Of a DNA stretch of 64,000 nt, positions 35,068 to 45,191 are shown piece by piece (position 1 is the first letter of the stretch; each line of letters begins with the position of its first letter). The translations under genes and the position numbers were made by a program. The notes under the pieces were generated by a model. It was not told the DNA's origin and did no database searches. It saw only the letters and a list, made by a program, of their open reading frames with translations. The DNA comes from a virus. Its lineage: Duplodnaviria > Caudoviricetes. Location of the stretch: the IMG/VR virus record IMGVR_UViG_3300037400_003633, positions 22,560 through 86,559 of that record. The stretch is one strand, 5' to 3'.

Positions 35068-36072
35068 TTAAAGATGCTTAATTTTGTTTATTTTCTCTTG
35101 TTCTTTCTTTATTTTCTCTTTTAATGTATCAATGGCTAGTTTCTTTGCTTCTTGTTTGCTGAGGCAGAGAACAAAGTCTGTATAGAGTGGTTCTTTTCCC
35201 TCGCTATGCAGTGATACTGTTGGGAACATAATTTGTTTTGCGGTTGTGCTCTTTATCTGTGAGTGTTGTATATAGAAGCATTTACCGCCACCACAAGAGA
35301 CTGCACAGTATGCCTTTGACAGTCCTGTGTTATCAAAGTAGCCTGGATTGGGTATTGTTGCGAAGTTTCCTGACTTAGAGTTTACCACGTAGACTGGCAC
35401 TGTCAGTTTCTTTATTGGTTTTTCTCCCACAGCAAACTTATGAAGGTCTCCGAATGTGAGCTTTCCTCTTTCCTTATAGACAGGCATATCGTTTGGTATG
35501 ATTTCCGTCATATATTTCTTGATATGTTTCTCAAGCTCTTGTTTAGTGAGTTCTCCGAAGTCATCTGGCATATCGAATCCATAGTCATAAGTGTATGTAC
35601 TGTTACACTCAACACGTCTTGGGTTTTTCCAGTTTGGTTTCTTGATAAGTTCTCCAACACTGACGTTTATCTTATTTGGTCTGTAGTCTTGAGGTGTTGT
35701 CTGGTTGGAGATATAGAGTGATATATTATTTCTCTTGAGGTAGACGTGCATGAGGTCTCCTGGTTTTCCTTCCTTCTTGTATACTTTAAATCCACATGAC
35801 TCAAGGAACTTGATATTGTTATCAAGTGCTGTGTCTAGATATATTGGAAGGTACTGGATAGTTGTCCTGAGTTTTGTCATTTCCTCGTCTGTGAGGTTAT
35901 AGTAATGGTCTCGTGTGAACAGTCTATTATATACATCCAATGGACTTTCTCCCCATCTTGACTTAAATGGGTTATCATAGACGTAGCCATTATTCCCTTG
36001 TAGTGGCTGTCCGTATGGTAGGCTTTCCACCCACTCATTTGCATTATTAAAATATGGTACGTTATTTTTCAT
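35068..36072 (-). CDS. hypothetical protein
   Basis: ORF track. Confidence 0.8.
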   Translation of the reverse strand: MKNNVPYFNNANEWVESLPYGQPLQGNNGYVYDNPFKSRWGESPLDVYNRLFTRDHYYNLTDEEMTKLRTTIQYLPIYLDTALDNNIKFLESCGFKVYKKEGKPGDLMHVYLKRNNISLYISNQTTPQDYRPNKINVSVGELIKKPNWKNPRRVECNSTYTYDYGFDMPDDFGELTKQELEKHIKKYMTEIIPNDMPVYKERGKLTFGDLHKFAVGEKPIKKLTVPVYVVNSKSGNFATIPNPGYFDNTGLSKAYCAVSCGGGKCFYIQHSQIKSTTAKQIMFPTVSLHSEGKEPLYTDFVLCLSKQEAKKLAIDTLKEKIKKEQEKINKIKHL

Positions 36073-36160
36073 TTGGAAAATATAGTTTTATATCTGACGT
36101 TGTGTTCTTTTTTATTCTCTCGTAGAGGTCAATTCTACAGACTCTGCATGTGCCATATGT

Positions 36161-36559
36161 TTATAATTTCAATAGTTTCTTTTTTACTTCCAATATTTTA
36201 CTTATACGGTCTTCTAATACTCTGATGTCGTGTTGGATTTCACTTGTTTCTCCAGTAAGGAATTGATTGGCTAGCTTGATAGTTTCTCCTTTCGTTGTAC
36301 CGATGAAAGTGAATACTCCCCATACAAACTGGTTCATAAGCACATTATCACTAAGTCTTTGTTGGTCACGCTTATGTGCGCTTGCGCCACTATCCTCATC
36401 AAACATTAAGTGACCATTCTCAAGGTCTAGTACGGTATCACATGTCCAAGTAGTACTGTCAACATAGTCTCTAGTGACTTTTGTCCATTCAGCTTTTTCT
36501 ACTTTTTCACCGTTAACTTGTAGGAAAAAGACTTTAGTACCTTTTTTGATATTAAGCAT
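36161..36559 (-). CDS. hypothetical protein (beta-barrel + coiled coil)
   Basis: ORF track; promoter CAAATTTA 36587-36594. Confidence 0.8.
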   Translation of the reverse strand: MLNIKKGTKVFFLQVNGEKVEKAEWTKVTRDYVDSTTWTCDTVLDLENGHLMFDEDSGASAHKRDQQRLSDNVLMNQFVWGVFTFIGTTKGETIKLANQFLTGETSEIQHDIRVLEDRISKILEVKKKLLKL

Positions 36560-36657
36560 ATTTTATCGTTTTATTGTTTCTGGTGGCAAATTTAGATAAA
36601 AAAAATGAGATAGCAAAAAAACTACCTCATTTTTTAACGTAATTTAAATGATAGCCC

Positions 36658-36996
36658 TTATCTTCTACTAGTCTGGTCATAGTACTTATTATTTTTTCTC
36701 ATTTCTTGTTTTATTTTCTCATTTTGGCTTGGTGGTCTGGTAGTCCAGAATATATAGTCTGTTTCAGGCATGGACATAAGTTCTCTATATGGGATGTATT
36801 TATTCTTCCCACATTTTTCGCAGTAATAGAAAGCCCCAGTGTTGCTTCCATTCTCCCCATCATAGAGCCACTTATGTTTGCATTCATTTTGGTTAATGAA
36901 TGTGTTTTTATTTTCTGGCTGTGATGAAGCTGCTATTACCATTATTATCACACCAAAAAGGCAACATGCCAGCACACCTATTATTTCATTCTCCAT
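36658..36996 (-). CDS. membrane-anchored protein with Zn-ribbon (CKHKW...CEKCG)
   Basis: N-terminal hydrophobic helix; start corrected to ATG 36996. Confidence 0.7.
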   Translation of the reverse strand: MENEIIGVLACCLFGVIIMVIAASSQPENKNTFINQNECKHKWLYDGENGSNTGAFYYCEKCGKNKYIPYRELMSMPETDYIFWTTRPPSQNEKIKQEMRKNNKYYDQTSRR

Positions 36997-37453
36997 GTTT
37001 TTTAATATAGATATATCGTGGGTATCTTCCAAGCACAAATAATGTAACTGGACAAATCCACATATTTGTTATATTGATTGTTCCATCTTCGTCTTTGTCA
37101 ACTTTTGTATAATTTCTGCCCCATAATATTTTGTCTTTCAGTGAGTATTTTGATACATTTTCTGCCACATATGTATCATATTTCTTTGCCTCTTCTTCAC
37201 TGATTGGCTTCTTTGATGCGATTATGTCAACGGTTACTTTACTTTTTCCCAGAGCATAATGAGTACAAAGGTTATCAGCCCCTGCAACCATTTCCAGGTT
37301 TCCTTCTTCAAATCCCCAGTTCTTGAAGTCATAGAACCACCTTCTCCTATGAACAAGTCCATCGAATTTGGAATAGAATGACAGGGTGTAATGTTTTCTG
37401 CGAAATATTACGTTTTTTATTAATTTAAGTATTGTTGTTATTTTCTTTATCAT
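36986..37453 (-). CDS. hypothetical protein
   Basis: ORF track. Confidence 0.8.
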   Translation of the reverse strand: MIKKITTILKLIKNVIFRRKHYTLSFYSKFDGLVHRRRWFYDFKNWGFEEGNLEMVAGADNLCTHYALGKSKVTVDIIASKKPISEEEAKKYDTYVAENVSKYSLKDKILWGRNYTKVDKDEDGTINITNMWICPVTLFVLGRYPRYIYIKKHGE

Positions 37454-37466
37454 AGTTCAAATATCT

Positions 37467-37913
37467 TTAGCAAAGTGCCATTGAAGCGAACTCTTCGGTA
37501 AGCTCTTCTTCTTTTGTGTCAATGAGTTCAAGTGCAGAGCCAGCAAGAAGAAGCCCTGTTTCCGATTCACTTACTCTTTTCCTGATAATATCCAAGACTT
37601 TGAGTTTTTCATACACAAGCCTTTGTGCTTCTTCAACACACGTTTCTTTTGAAGTAGAGTAAATATCAAATGACAGGTTTATCTCATCTTCTGGTTTTGT
37701 ATTTCTGACGTGATATGATGAATCAGTATTGGTATATATTGCATCCCCACCCTGGAATCTTATCATAATCCTGCTCATATCGGCAGTCCTTATTATACCA
37801 GTAACAGTTTTCTCTTGCATACAATGGTTTTTTATCTCCTGTATATCAGAGTCTATCATGCTTATACAATATAACTTATCACCTTCTTTTAAATTTATGA
37901 AATTCTTTCCCAT
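37467..37913 (-). CDS. paralog family member 4 (C-terminus TEEFASMALC)
   Basis: shared F..LK.GDK.Y.I N-terminus and EEFAxMAL C-terminus. Confidence 0.8.
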   Translation of the reverse strand: MGKNFINLKEGDKLYCISMIDSDIQEIKNHCMQEKTVTGIIRTADMSRIMIRFQGGDAIYTNTDSSYHVRNTKPEDEINLSFDIYSTSKETCVEEAQRLVYEKLKVLDIIRKRVSESETGLLLAGSALELIDTKEEELTEEFASMALC

Positions 37914-37925
37914 TATGTTTATTTT

Positions 37926-38396
37926 TTATGCCAGTGCCATTTCAGCAAATTCCTCAGTTAGTTCCTCGTGTTCATCTTTCATGAATTCGAGGTGTGAATC
38001 AAGTTTATCAAATACGTTTACGCTTGCTATTATGTAGTCTTCCAACTGAATAATTTTCTTGTTATATTCAATATTTCTTTTCTTTAGGTATTCTCTAGTT
38101 GCTTCAATACATCTTCTCTCTGATGTGGCGTATATATTGGCAATAACTGGAGAAATGCCTGTTGAATTATTAGTTGGTTCTGCGACGAATGTATCATCAC
38201 TTCTACTAACAGTTATCATTGAGAAGTCACTAAGTGTTAATGCCACAAGTTCTTCATCAAAGCAATCATCAAATGCTGACCTCACTGTTCGTTCCCTGAC
38301 AAATTCACCATTTCTGTCATACAATAATGTAGAAGAACCTATCTTTATCAGATATATTTTATCGTCTTTTTTTAGACTATTGAATGTTTTTTCCAT
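37926..38396 (-). CDS. paralog family member 3 (C-terminus TEEFAEMALA)
   Basis: same shared termini. Confidence 0.8.
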   Translation of the reverse strand: MEKTFNSLKKDDKIYLIKIGSSTLLYDRNGEFVRERTVRSAFDDCFDEELVALTLSDFSMITVSRSDDTFVAEPTNNSTGISPVIANIYATSERRCIEATREYLKKRNIEYNKKIIQLEDYIIASVNVFDKLDSHLEFMKDEHEELTEEFAEMALA

Positions 38397-38401
38397 AAGC
38401 T

Positions 38402-38866
38402 TTACAGTGGCATTTCGGCAAACTCTTCCATAGTATCAGGCATATCTGCGTCTTTTAGTGACTCATTTATTTTCGAAACCATGTTGTTATTTGATATAAT
38501 CTGCTCTTGCATTCTATCTATAATTCTCCTCTGTATGACGGAAGATGAATCTATGATGTTTTTTGCCCTTTCCAAACAGGCTCTCTTTGTTGTTGCATAA
38601 ATCTTAGAATTGATTCTACCTTGACCAGTTGAATCGTATGATTCTATTGTTACATGTGATTGCAATGAGGAATTGGGGTAGAACACTCCACCATTGTTTT
38701 CAAGTGTAACACACATAGAGTTGCCATAATCGCCAGAACTGTTTGTCCTTCCTCTAACTTTCTCGATACTTATAAATGAATTATCAAGATTCGATTTAAA
38801 TTTCGAGTCTTTTATTGAGATAGTGTATATTTTATCTCCAGCGTGTATGTCACTAAAATTTTTCAT
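38402..38866 (-). CDS. paralog family member 2 (C-terminus MEEFAEMPL)
   Basis: same shared termini; start corrected to ATG 38866. Confidence 0.8.
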   Translation of the reverse strand: MKNFSDIHAGDKIYTISIKDSKFKSNLDNSFISIEKVRGRTNSSGDYGNSMCVTLENNGGVFYPNSSLQSHVTIESYDSTGQGRINSKIYATTKRACLERAKNIIDSSSVIQRRIIDRMQEQIISNNNMVSKINESLKDADMPDTMEEFAEMPL

Positions 38867-38867
38867 A

Positions 38868-39356
38868 TTACAAAGCCATTTCAGCAAATTCAACTTCAGA
38901 CATAGCATTCTCTTTTGAATCATCGTATGCTAATTCATACAATGGTTCTATTTTACCAGCACTAATAATACCTTGATTAATGAGAATCAATGTTTCTCTC
39001 CTTAATTCAGAGAGTTGCTGTTGTTTACTCTTCAACCTGGTTAGCGCTGCTTCAAGAACTTTTTTCCTGGATGGTGAATAGAACTCAGTAAACACACCTA
39101 TTGGTGAGTCAACATTCGCCTGAGGCTTTTTATCTACGGATATTGAAATGGCATTCATATTGACCTCAGCATGTGTTCTATCGTCGAATGTGAGCCTCAA
39201 CGTATAGAAATTATTCCACTGTTGCCTTTTCTCAACTTTCAGCAGCTCAATAAAGCCACCATTTTCATCCTCGACAAGCTTAGAATTGGCAATTCTTATC
39301 CTATAGACCTTGTCACCTTCCTTAATGTTTCTAAACGTTTTCTCAATTTTATCCAT
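38868..39356 (-). CDS. paralog family member 1 (C-terminus EVEFAEMAL)
   Basis: same shared termini. Confidence 0.8.
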   Translation of the reverse strand: MDKIEKTFRNIKEGDKVYRIRIANSKLVEDENGGFIELLKVEKRQQWNNFYTLRLTFDDRTHAEVNMNAISISVDKKPQANVDSPIGVFTEFYSPSRKKVLEAALTRLKSKQQQLSELRRETLILINQGIISAGKIEPLYELAYDDSKENAMSEVEFAEMAL

Positions 39357-40140
39357 ATACTAATTCTGCTTTTTTCCAGTTTCTAGTCCAATGTTCATCA
39401 GTCTGTACATGGTTTGCTCTTACATACTTACAGACATGATTAGGGAAGTCTTCACCACTGAATCCGCTTGTTGCTCTCATTACGATTCCTTCTTTAGTAG
39501 TCCCATATGCTGAAGGCTTCTTCATTTCCTTTAATATAAGGTCTCTTATTTGCTCCTCAGTCTGCGCAACGCCTCTCCACAGTACTGGCACTGCTGGTAT
39601 TTCCATTACCTTCGAAATGAACATTACATCATCCCACTCCCACCACTCGTCTACTATGTCGCTATATGCAGCGAACAAATGGAAATAGCTTTTTAGAGCA
39701 TCATAATGTATTGAGTGCTCTCCATATAGATTTTCACCGAAGATATAGAGTCCGTTGTCTATAAGCCCTTTAACCTTCCAGTATAATCCATCATTACCCC
39801 AAAGGTTAATTGACCAAGGAGAGCGTGTTTCTGCTGCATGCGAACGTGCAAACACCCCATTATTTGTCATGCAGGTGTTCTCCCCATCAAGTTTCTCAGT
39901 GAGGATTATTTCCTTTCCTCGATAGTATTCAAACCACCCATCTTTGAGCTTCTTATCATCTTTTGTGGCCCCAGGTGAGAATGGCATGTGATATGTCCTT
40001 GGATATTTCATAAGCTTTCTATCCATGATATGATGGGCATCAACTGCATCCTCATTACATCCTGGAACACAGCATTTTCCATCAGTTCTCGCAAACACCT
40101 GTTTCTTGAACTCTTCTCTCGTTAATAGCTTTCTCCACAT
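39349..40140 (-). CDS. RNA ligase family protein with N-terminal HNH-like fragment
   Basis: KYPRTYH, motif I TEKLDGEN, EGIVMR, KYVRANHVQTDEHW. Confidence 0.75.
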   Translation of the reverse strand: MWRKLLTREEFKKQVFARTDGKCCVPGCNEDAVDAHHIMDRKLMKYPRTYHMPFSPGATKDDKKLKDGWFEYYRGKEIILTEKLDGENTCMTNNGVFARSHAAETRSPWSINLWGNDGLYWKVKGLIDNGLYIFGENLYGEHSIHYDALKSYFHLFAAYSDIVDEWWEWDDVMFISKVMEIPAVPVLWRGVAQTEEQIRDLILKEMKKPSAYGTTKEGIVMRATSGFSGEDFPNHVCKYVRANHVQTDEHWTRNWKKAELVYG

Positions 40141-40300
40141 TTTTATTCCACTTCTCTAGTGCTTTTGTTTCATCACTATTGAGGCACATTATTATTTCGT
40201 GCTTCAATTTCTCAATCTCGATATCAGTTTTCAATGTTTCTATTCTAACACCAAGAATGAGTATGATGAATAGCTGTAGCAGTATTATCTTATTCTTCAC
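40082..40300 (-). CDS. small protein with N-terminal hydrophobic helix
   Basis: ORF track, GTG start. Confidence 0.55.
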   Translation of the reverse strand: MKNKIILLQLFIILILGVRIETLKTDIEIEKLKHEIIMCLNSDETKALEKWNKNVEKAINERRVQETGVCEN

Positions 40301-40301
40301 G

Positions 40302-41447
40302 TTAGAATCCTATTTTAGATGCTTTTTTACCACCAACAACTACTGTCTTATCCTTTTTATATATTGAAGCAAGAGTCATTGGTGCTGTTGCATCTGGTAT
40401 AAGTACCTTTGTTTTCTCCAATGAAAGTTCGTCGAAGCAATACTTTAGAGACAATCTACCCTCTCTCAATAATGCCTCATCAATTTTACTCTCAGAGCAA
40501 TTGAACGAACAAATGAACTTACATTTTATAGTTTCTCCCAAGATACCGTCTGTAAGATTAAGAAGAGTCCCCATAAATGGATTTCCTTGCTCTCTTCGTG
40601 ACAGAATTTTCTCACAGTCTTCCAGTACAACTACAGAGTTACGATAATTCAACAGGAATGCAATGAACTTTGATGAATCCATATCAAGCAGCAGGTTTGA
40701 ATCGATATATAGGAATTTATTTTCGCTAACGGACATCAGGTGCTTGATAAGAGAAGTCTTTCCAGTTCCAGGCTTTCCGTTGAATAAGATAAGCTCATTT
40801 GACTTTGAGTTCAATATTTCAACAATGTCATTGTATGGTATATCGTCATTGTAGTTCTTCTTCAAATCAATGTCAATTTTATCAAACTCAAGTTCTTCAG
40901 TATCAAGTCCAGAGAAATTTGTTCTAACCCACAAGTATTTTGTTTTACCAGGTGCTTCTGTCTCAATTTCAACAACATTTTCCATGAATGTTTCAGTCAA
41001 GTCAAATGCGTCTTTCTCTGTTTTAGCCATAGCGCACACCCCAGTAATTGCGGTTATTTGTGAATCACATATTTTTTTTCCGTATGTCTCAATGATAAGC
41101 ATACCATTAGTGCCTAGGAACAAACCCATTTTTGGGGTAGGATAAGCCACGACCCCAAGTTTATAGCAGGTATCAATAAGCGAAAAATTTTTCGTTAACC
41201 CCTTAGTTTTCAATTTCAATGGTGAATATTTTTCCGAGAAATCTGTGAAGAACACCTTATCAGTGTCTTTCTCCATTCTCATATTGAACACCCTCTCAGG
41301 AGTTCCACCATACAAGTGTGAAAATAGCCATCTTGTATTAACGTCTACAGCTCCCATGCCTGGGTTTATAATCACTAGTTTATCCCCATATTCGAGAAAG
41401 ACCTTTTTAAATTTCTCTATTTTTTCCTTGTCTTGTTCTACAATCAT
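40302..41447 (-). CDS. AAA+ ATPase
   Basis: Walker A GKPGTGKT, Walker B VVVLEDCE, ALLREGRL; start corrected to ATG 41447. Confidence 0.85.
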   Translation of the reverse strand: MIVEQDKEKIEKFKKVFLEYGDKLVIINPGMGAVDVNTRWLFSHLYGGTPERVFNMRMEKDTDKVFFTDFSEKYSPLKLKTKGLTKNFSLIDTCYKLGVVAYPTPKMGLFLGTNGMLIIETYGKKICDSQITAITGVCAMAKTEKDAFDLTETFMENVVEIETEAPGKTKYLWVRTNFSGLDTEELEFDKIDIDLKKNYNDDIPYNDIVEILNSKSNELILFNGKPGTGKTSLIKHLMSVSENKFLYIDSNLLLDMDSSKFIAFLLNYRNSVVVLEDCEKILSRREQGNPFMGTLLNLTDGILGETIKCKFICSFNCSESKIDEALLREGRLSLKYCFDELSLEKTKVLIPDATAPMTLASIYKKDKTVVVGGKKASKIGF

Positions 41448-41561
41448 TTTATTTTTTCTACTATAGTTTTGTGCAAAGATATAAATAAAAAATGAAAATA
41501 GCAAGTAATATTTACGTTTAAACTGAAAATTAACAATATTTATAGGTTAAAATAAGGTTAT

Positions 41562-41912
41562 ATGATAACAGAGGATAGAATAAGACAAATCATACTACAG
41601 GAAATAGAAAACCTAATAGATTTCGATAATGATTCTAGGAGTCAATTAGAAAGGCAACTATCTAATGTAGATAATGGTAGTATGACATCTTGGGCTGACA
41701 CATATAAAAAAATGAGCGAACTCACTGGAAAACCAGAAGAACACTTCAGAAGTCAGAATGCTGGCGCAATTACAAATGCAATGAAATCAAATGGTACAAT
41801 ACCTACAAATCATAGTACCGTTGGTGAAAGGGGTTATAATGATTGGAAAGCGAATTTTATTGGTAGGATGTCATGGCAAGAATATTGTAATAGGTTCTTT
41901 TTAAGATATTAA
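41562..41912 (+). CDS. protein with ITEDRIRQIILQEIENL motif
   Basis: ORF track; TATTTATA upstream. Confidence 0.8.
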   Translation: MITEDRIRQIILQEIENLIDFDNDSRSQLERQLSNVDNGSMTSWADTYKKMSELTGKPEEHFRSQNAGAITNAMKSNGTIPTNHSTVGERGYNDWKANFIGRMSWQEYCNRFFLRY

Positions 41913-41952
41913 ATAATAGACAATTTCTTAGTTGGCAAACTATTTATAGTAT

Positions 41953-42324
41953 ATGGGATTTATTAGAAATATTAAAGAGTCAATCGACGATAAGTCTCCT
42001 ATAAGTGTTAACAATATCACAGTGCTTGCATCTGCTTTAATGGGCGCTATTATAGGATTTGTCATTTGTTTTGTGCTCATTTACGACGTTACATACGATG
42101 GCAAGGTTGACACTAATTTGACTGACTTGGGTATATTCTTGCTTTGTGGAGGTGGATATATCCTTGGTTCTGGTGCTCCTAAGGCTTATATAGATGGTAA
42201 GATGAAGACCCGTTCTTGGGTAGAGGGAGAGAAGATGCAGATTGACGCTGATGAAGAGGTGAGAACGTACAGGAGGCAGAAGAAATCCAAGCTTGAAGGT
42301 GAAGATAAAGATGAAGAAATATAA
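41953..42324 (+). CDS. two-TM membrane protein with charged tail (holin-like candidate)
   Basis: two hydrophobic segments; TATTTATA upstream. Confidence 0.55.
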   Translation: MGFIRNIKESIDDKSPISVNNITVLASALMGAIIGFVICFVLIYDVTYDGKVDTNLTDLGIFLLCGGGYILGSGAPKAYIDGKMKTRSWVEGEKMQIDADEEVRTYRRQKKSKLEGEDKDEEI

Positions 42325-42339
42325 AACAAATATTGAGCA

Positions 42340-42741
42340 ATGAACAAGTTAGATAGAATAATAACTGAGTCAATAGACAAGGTTATAAAAGAGAATAAAT
42401 TTAAAAGTCCGCTTTCTAAAATAAAGGCGGCATCGTATGCTGCTGCTAAAAAAGAAGGTGGTAAAAGTGGAGAAGAAAGATATAATGACTGGAGGGCAAA
42501 ACAAGCAGCCATAGCAGACATAAATAGAGAACTCCATACTAAACGTTCAATACCAAAGAAGGATAGAATACCAGTTGGTATCTCAAAATCATTTGATGAT
42601 GGAACTAATGACATTGGTGTTTTATCTGCTGATAGAATGAGAGATGCAAAAGACTATTTTAATTCTGAAAATGAATTCAATGGAGCAATAAATAATGATA
42701 CATTCGACAATGAATGGCTTATAGATAGAGACATAAATTAA
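42340..42741 (+). CDS. protein with LDRIITESIDKVIKE motif
   Basis: ORF track. Confidence 0.8.
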   Translation: MNKLDRIITESIDKVIKENKFKSPLSKIKAASYAAAKKEGGKSGEERYNDWRAKQAAIADINRELHTKRSIPKKDRIPVGISKSFDDGTNDIGVLSADRMRDAKDYFNSENEFNGAINNDTFDNEWLIDRDIN

Positions 42742-42747
42742 TAGCAT

Positions 42748-43782
42748 ATGAATACCAAAGTACTTAGTTTTGTAAAGAAGCTGGAAGGTTATAAGACAGC
42801 AATCAAGGCACTTCACTGGGATAGTGATTCACTTTCTCAGCATGAGCTTTGCGATAAGATTGCAGACACCATTTCTGAGTTCCAGGACACAGTTTCAGAA
42901 GTTGAACAGTCAATTACTGGTAAACTTGATAAGAAGGAACTTGAGGGTGAGAAATATAATGTTACGACATTGAAGAAATTTGTTGAAGATGTATTGGACG
43001 CAGCAAATACCTTCTACAAGAGTCTTGAGAATGAGGGCGATACATATACTGGAATGAGAAGTGATTGTGAGTCATTCCTATCAGATATGCAGAGAAATCT
43101 CTACCTTGTTAACTTCACTATGAAGGAAGACCTCAAGAGAAGACTTGCTAACAGAATTAACGAGGGGTATAAGAGAGAGGAGAATATCAAGACAACATTT
43201 CACGGCACAAAGCCTTCAACCGAGAAGGGTATGTTCAAAAGAATTAATGACATTACAAAAGGTGGACAATTAAATACTAGAACGTTCACTGGTTTATCTG
43301 ATGCTTATGAATTCTACAAGAAGACATTTGCAAGGGCTGCTGTAGGAGACCTTCATTGTCTTGGAACTTTCGAGACAAATGTAATGGTACAGCTTGATAC
43401 GCCTAATAATATGTCATATTTTGGTATTATGAGGGCAAAAGAAGTTGGTGAAGGACAGTTTAAAGCTAGTATTACATTCTCACCACACAGTGATGAAATT
43501 GAACAGCCAGAGCCAGAAATTAGTGAGCCTACGATAGAGGATTGTAATAACTACGAAATCTATGGAGAAAATAGAATATATAGGATGACTGAAAATGAAC
43601 TTAGGGGATTCATCAAGGAGTCTATTACCAGAGTACTGAAAGAAAATGGACAATTCATTAATGATAAACATCTTGGTAGAATATACATTAGTGATAATGA
43701 CGTAAATGCTATGGAAAAAGCATTTACAAGAAAGCCAGAGAAAAATAAAGGTAATAACATAGAAGTTGGCCCAAATATCTAA
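42748..43782 (+). CDS. ferritin/Dps-like (DUF5856-like) N-terminal domain protein with C-terminal MTENELRGFIKESITRVLKE motif
   Basis: LHW...QHELCD.IAD....FQD...E pattern. Confidence 0.6.
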   Translation: MNTKVLSFVKKLEGYKTAIKALHWDSDSLSQHELCDKIADTISEFQDTVSEVEQSITGKLDKKELEGEKYNVTTLKKFVEDVLDAANTFYKSLENEGDTYTGMRSDCESFLSDMQRNLYLVNFTMKEDLKRRLANRINEGYKREENIKTTFHGTKPSTEKGMFKRINDITKGGQLNTRTFTGLSDAYEFYKKTFARAAVGDLHCLGTFETNVMVQLDTPNNMSYFGIMRAKEVGEGQFKASITFSPHSDEIEQPEPEISEPTIEDCNNYEIYGENRIYRMTENELRGFIKESITRVLKENGQFINDKHLGRIYISDNDVNAMEKAFTRKPEKNKGNNIEVGPNI

Positions 43783-43913
43783 AAAAATCTGATAAAAACA
43801 AATGGGAACGATATACTTGTTGACACCAAAAAATAAAAAATGTGTGAATCAAGGAGATTCACACATTTTCTTATATTCCAACGTTATTTTGTGTTAAGCG
43901 TAATGCTATTGCC

Positions 43914-44355
43914 TTAATAAAAGTATGCTTGACCATTATAAAAATCAAACTTTATACCATATTCTTTTGCTCCAATTTTAGCTAACCTATCACAATAATC
44001 ATAAGATTTAGCACCTTTACCATAATATTTTTTTATCCATTTTTTTATACCTTCTTTACTACAAAGAAAGTGTCTCAAAAAACCACATATCGTCTTTCCT
44101 TTGTTTTTGAAAATCCTCGTCTGTAAGTTTTTGGTATTCTTCTTGCCAATTTATTGGGTTTGTTTGTGATGGCTCTATACCATGATTTGGGTAATCATTA
44201 TCTACTTGTTGCTTAAACCATTTATTCCTTTCATAATAATCACCTACAGGCATTTGTGAAAAATCTATTTCATTCAATATCTTGTCTACAGACTCTTTTA
44301 CAATCTTGTGAAGGTCACTTTCTGTTAGTCTTATAAGCTTCTTATTCATATTCAA
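43914..44355 (-). CDS. LTESDLHKIVKESVDKILNE-motif protein, apparently frameshifted in a T6 run
   Basis: ORF 44059..44355 stops early; deleting one base in the run at 44077-44082 opens a frame to TAA at 43914 (146 aa). Confidence 0.55.
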
Positions 44356-44426
44356 AAATGTTTTTCATATAAATATTTACAAACGTAAAAAAATAAAAAG
44401 AGTTAAGAATTTCTTAACTCTTTTTT

Positions 44427-45170
44427 TTATGCTTCCGTTAGTGTGCCTTCATCATTTAGGATAAAAGCTTTTCTACAATCAAGGCAAACCCATTTATCAG
44501 TAGTAATTGGTTTTTCACTTAATTGCGTGTGTCCGAATATCTGATAATCGTACCCATTAACTATTGAATCGTCGTTTGGTACAATGTTATCTATTTCGCT
44601 TTTATCATCCATTTTTTCCCTTACATCAGACCACACAATGCTCCCACTTTTTTCTCCAAGCCACGTTCTATAGCCAGAAACATCTGTAAGTGTAATAACC
44701 CCATGTGGTGTTTCTAGTAGGTGGTTTATGCTATCTACTGTTGGCTCTCCTATCACTTTTTTATTTCTTTCAACCCATGAGTTCATAAGCCCAGCATGAG
44801 AGAACAGATACGCCTTTCCGTTTATAATTTCAGAATGGGCAAGTTTAAACAGGCTTCTATGTGATTTAAACTTCTCTATTATATGATAAGCATTGCTTGA
44901 GTCATATCTTGAGCGTGTATTAAATTCTTTCAAGAAATACTGACAATCGTGATTACCTAGGAGAAGTACAACTTTCTCCTTATTATTCAATTTGAAGTCG
45001 ATAATTTCCTCAAAATTCCTAATTGCATCTTTCCTGGTAATACCTTCTTCTTGATATGGGTCTAAATAATCACCAAGGAATATTACCTTATCACATTCGT
45101 TAGCGTGTTTATCAACAGCATCTTTCCAAAACGTCCTACCATGTACGTCGGGTATAATTAGCAATTTCAT
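44427..45170 (-). CDS. calcineurin-like metallophosphoesterase
   Basis: IPDVHGR, FLGDYLD, LLGNHD, FSHAG, IFGHTQ. Confidence 0.9.
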   Translation of the reverse strand: MKLLIIPDVHGRTFWKDAVDKHANECDKVIFLGDYLDPYQEEGITRKDAIRNFEEIIDFKLNNKEKVVLLLGNHDCQYFLKEFNTRSRYDSSNAYHIIEKFKSHRSLFKLAHSEIINGKAYLFSHAGLMNSWVERNKKVIGEPTVDSINHLLETPHGVITLTDVSGYRTWLGEKSGSIVWSDVREKMDDKSEIDNIVPNDDSIVNGYDYQIFGHTQLSEKPITTDKWVCLDCRKAFILNDEGTLTEA

Positions 45171-45191
45171 ATTTCTTCTTATTTTTAAATA

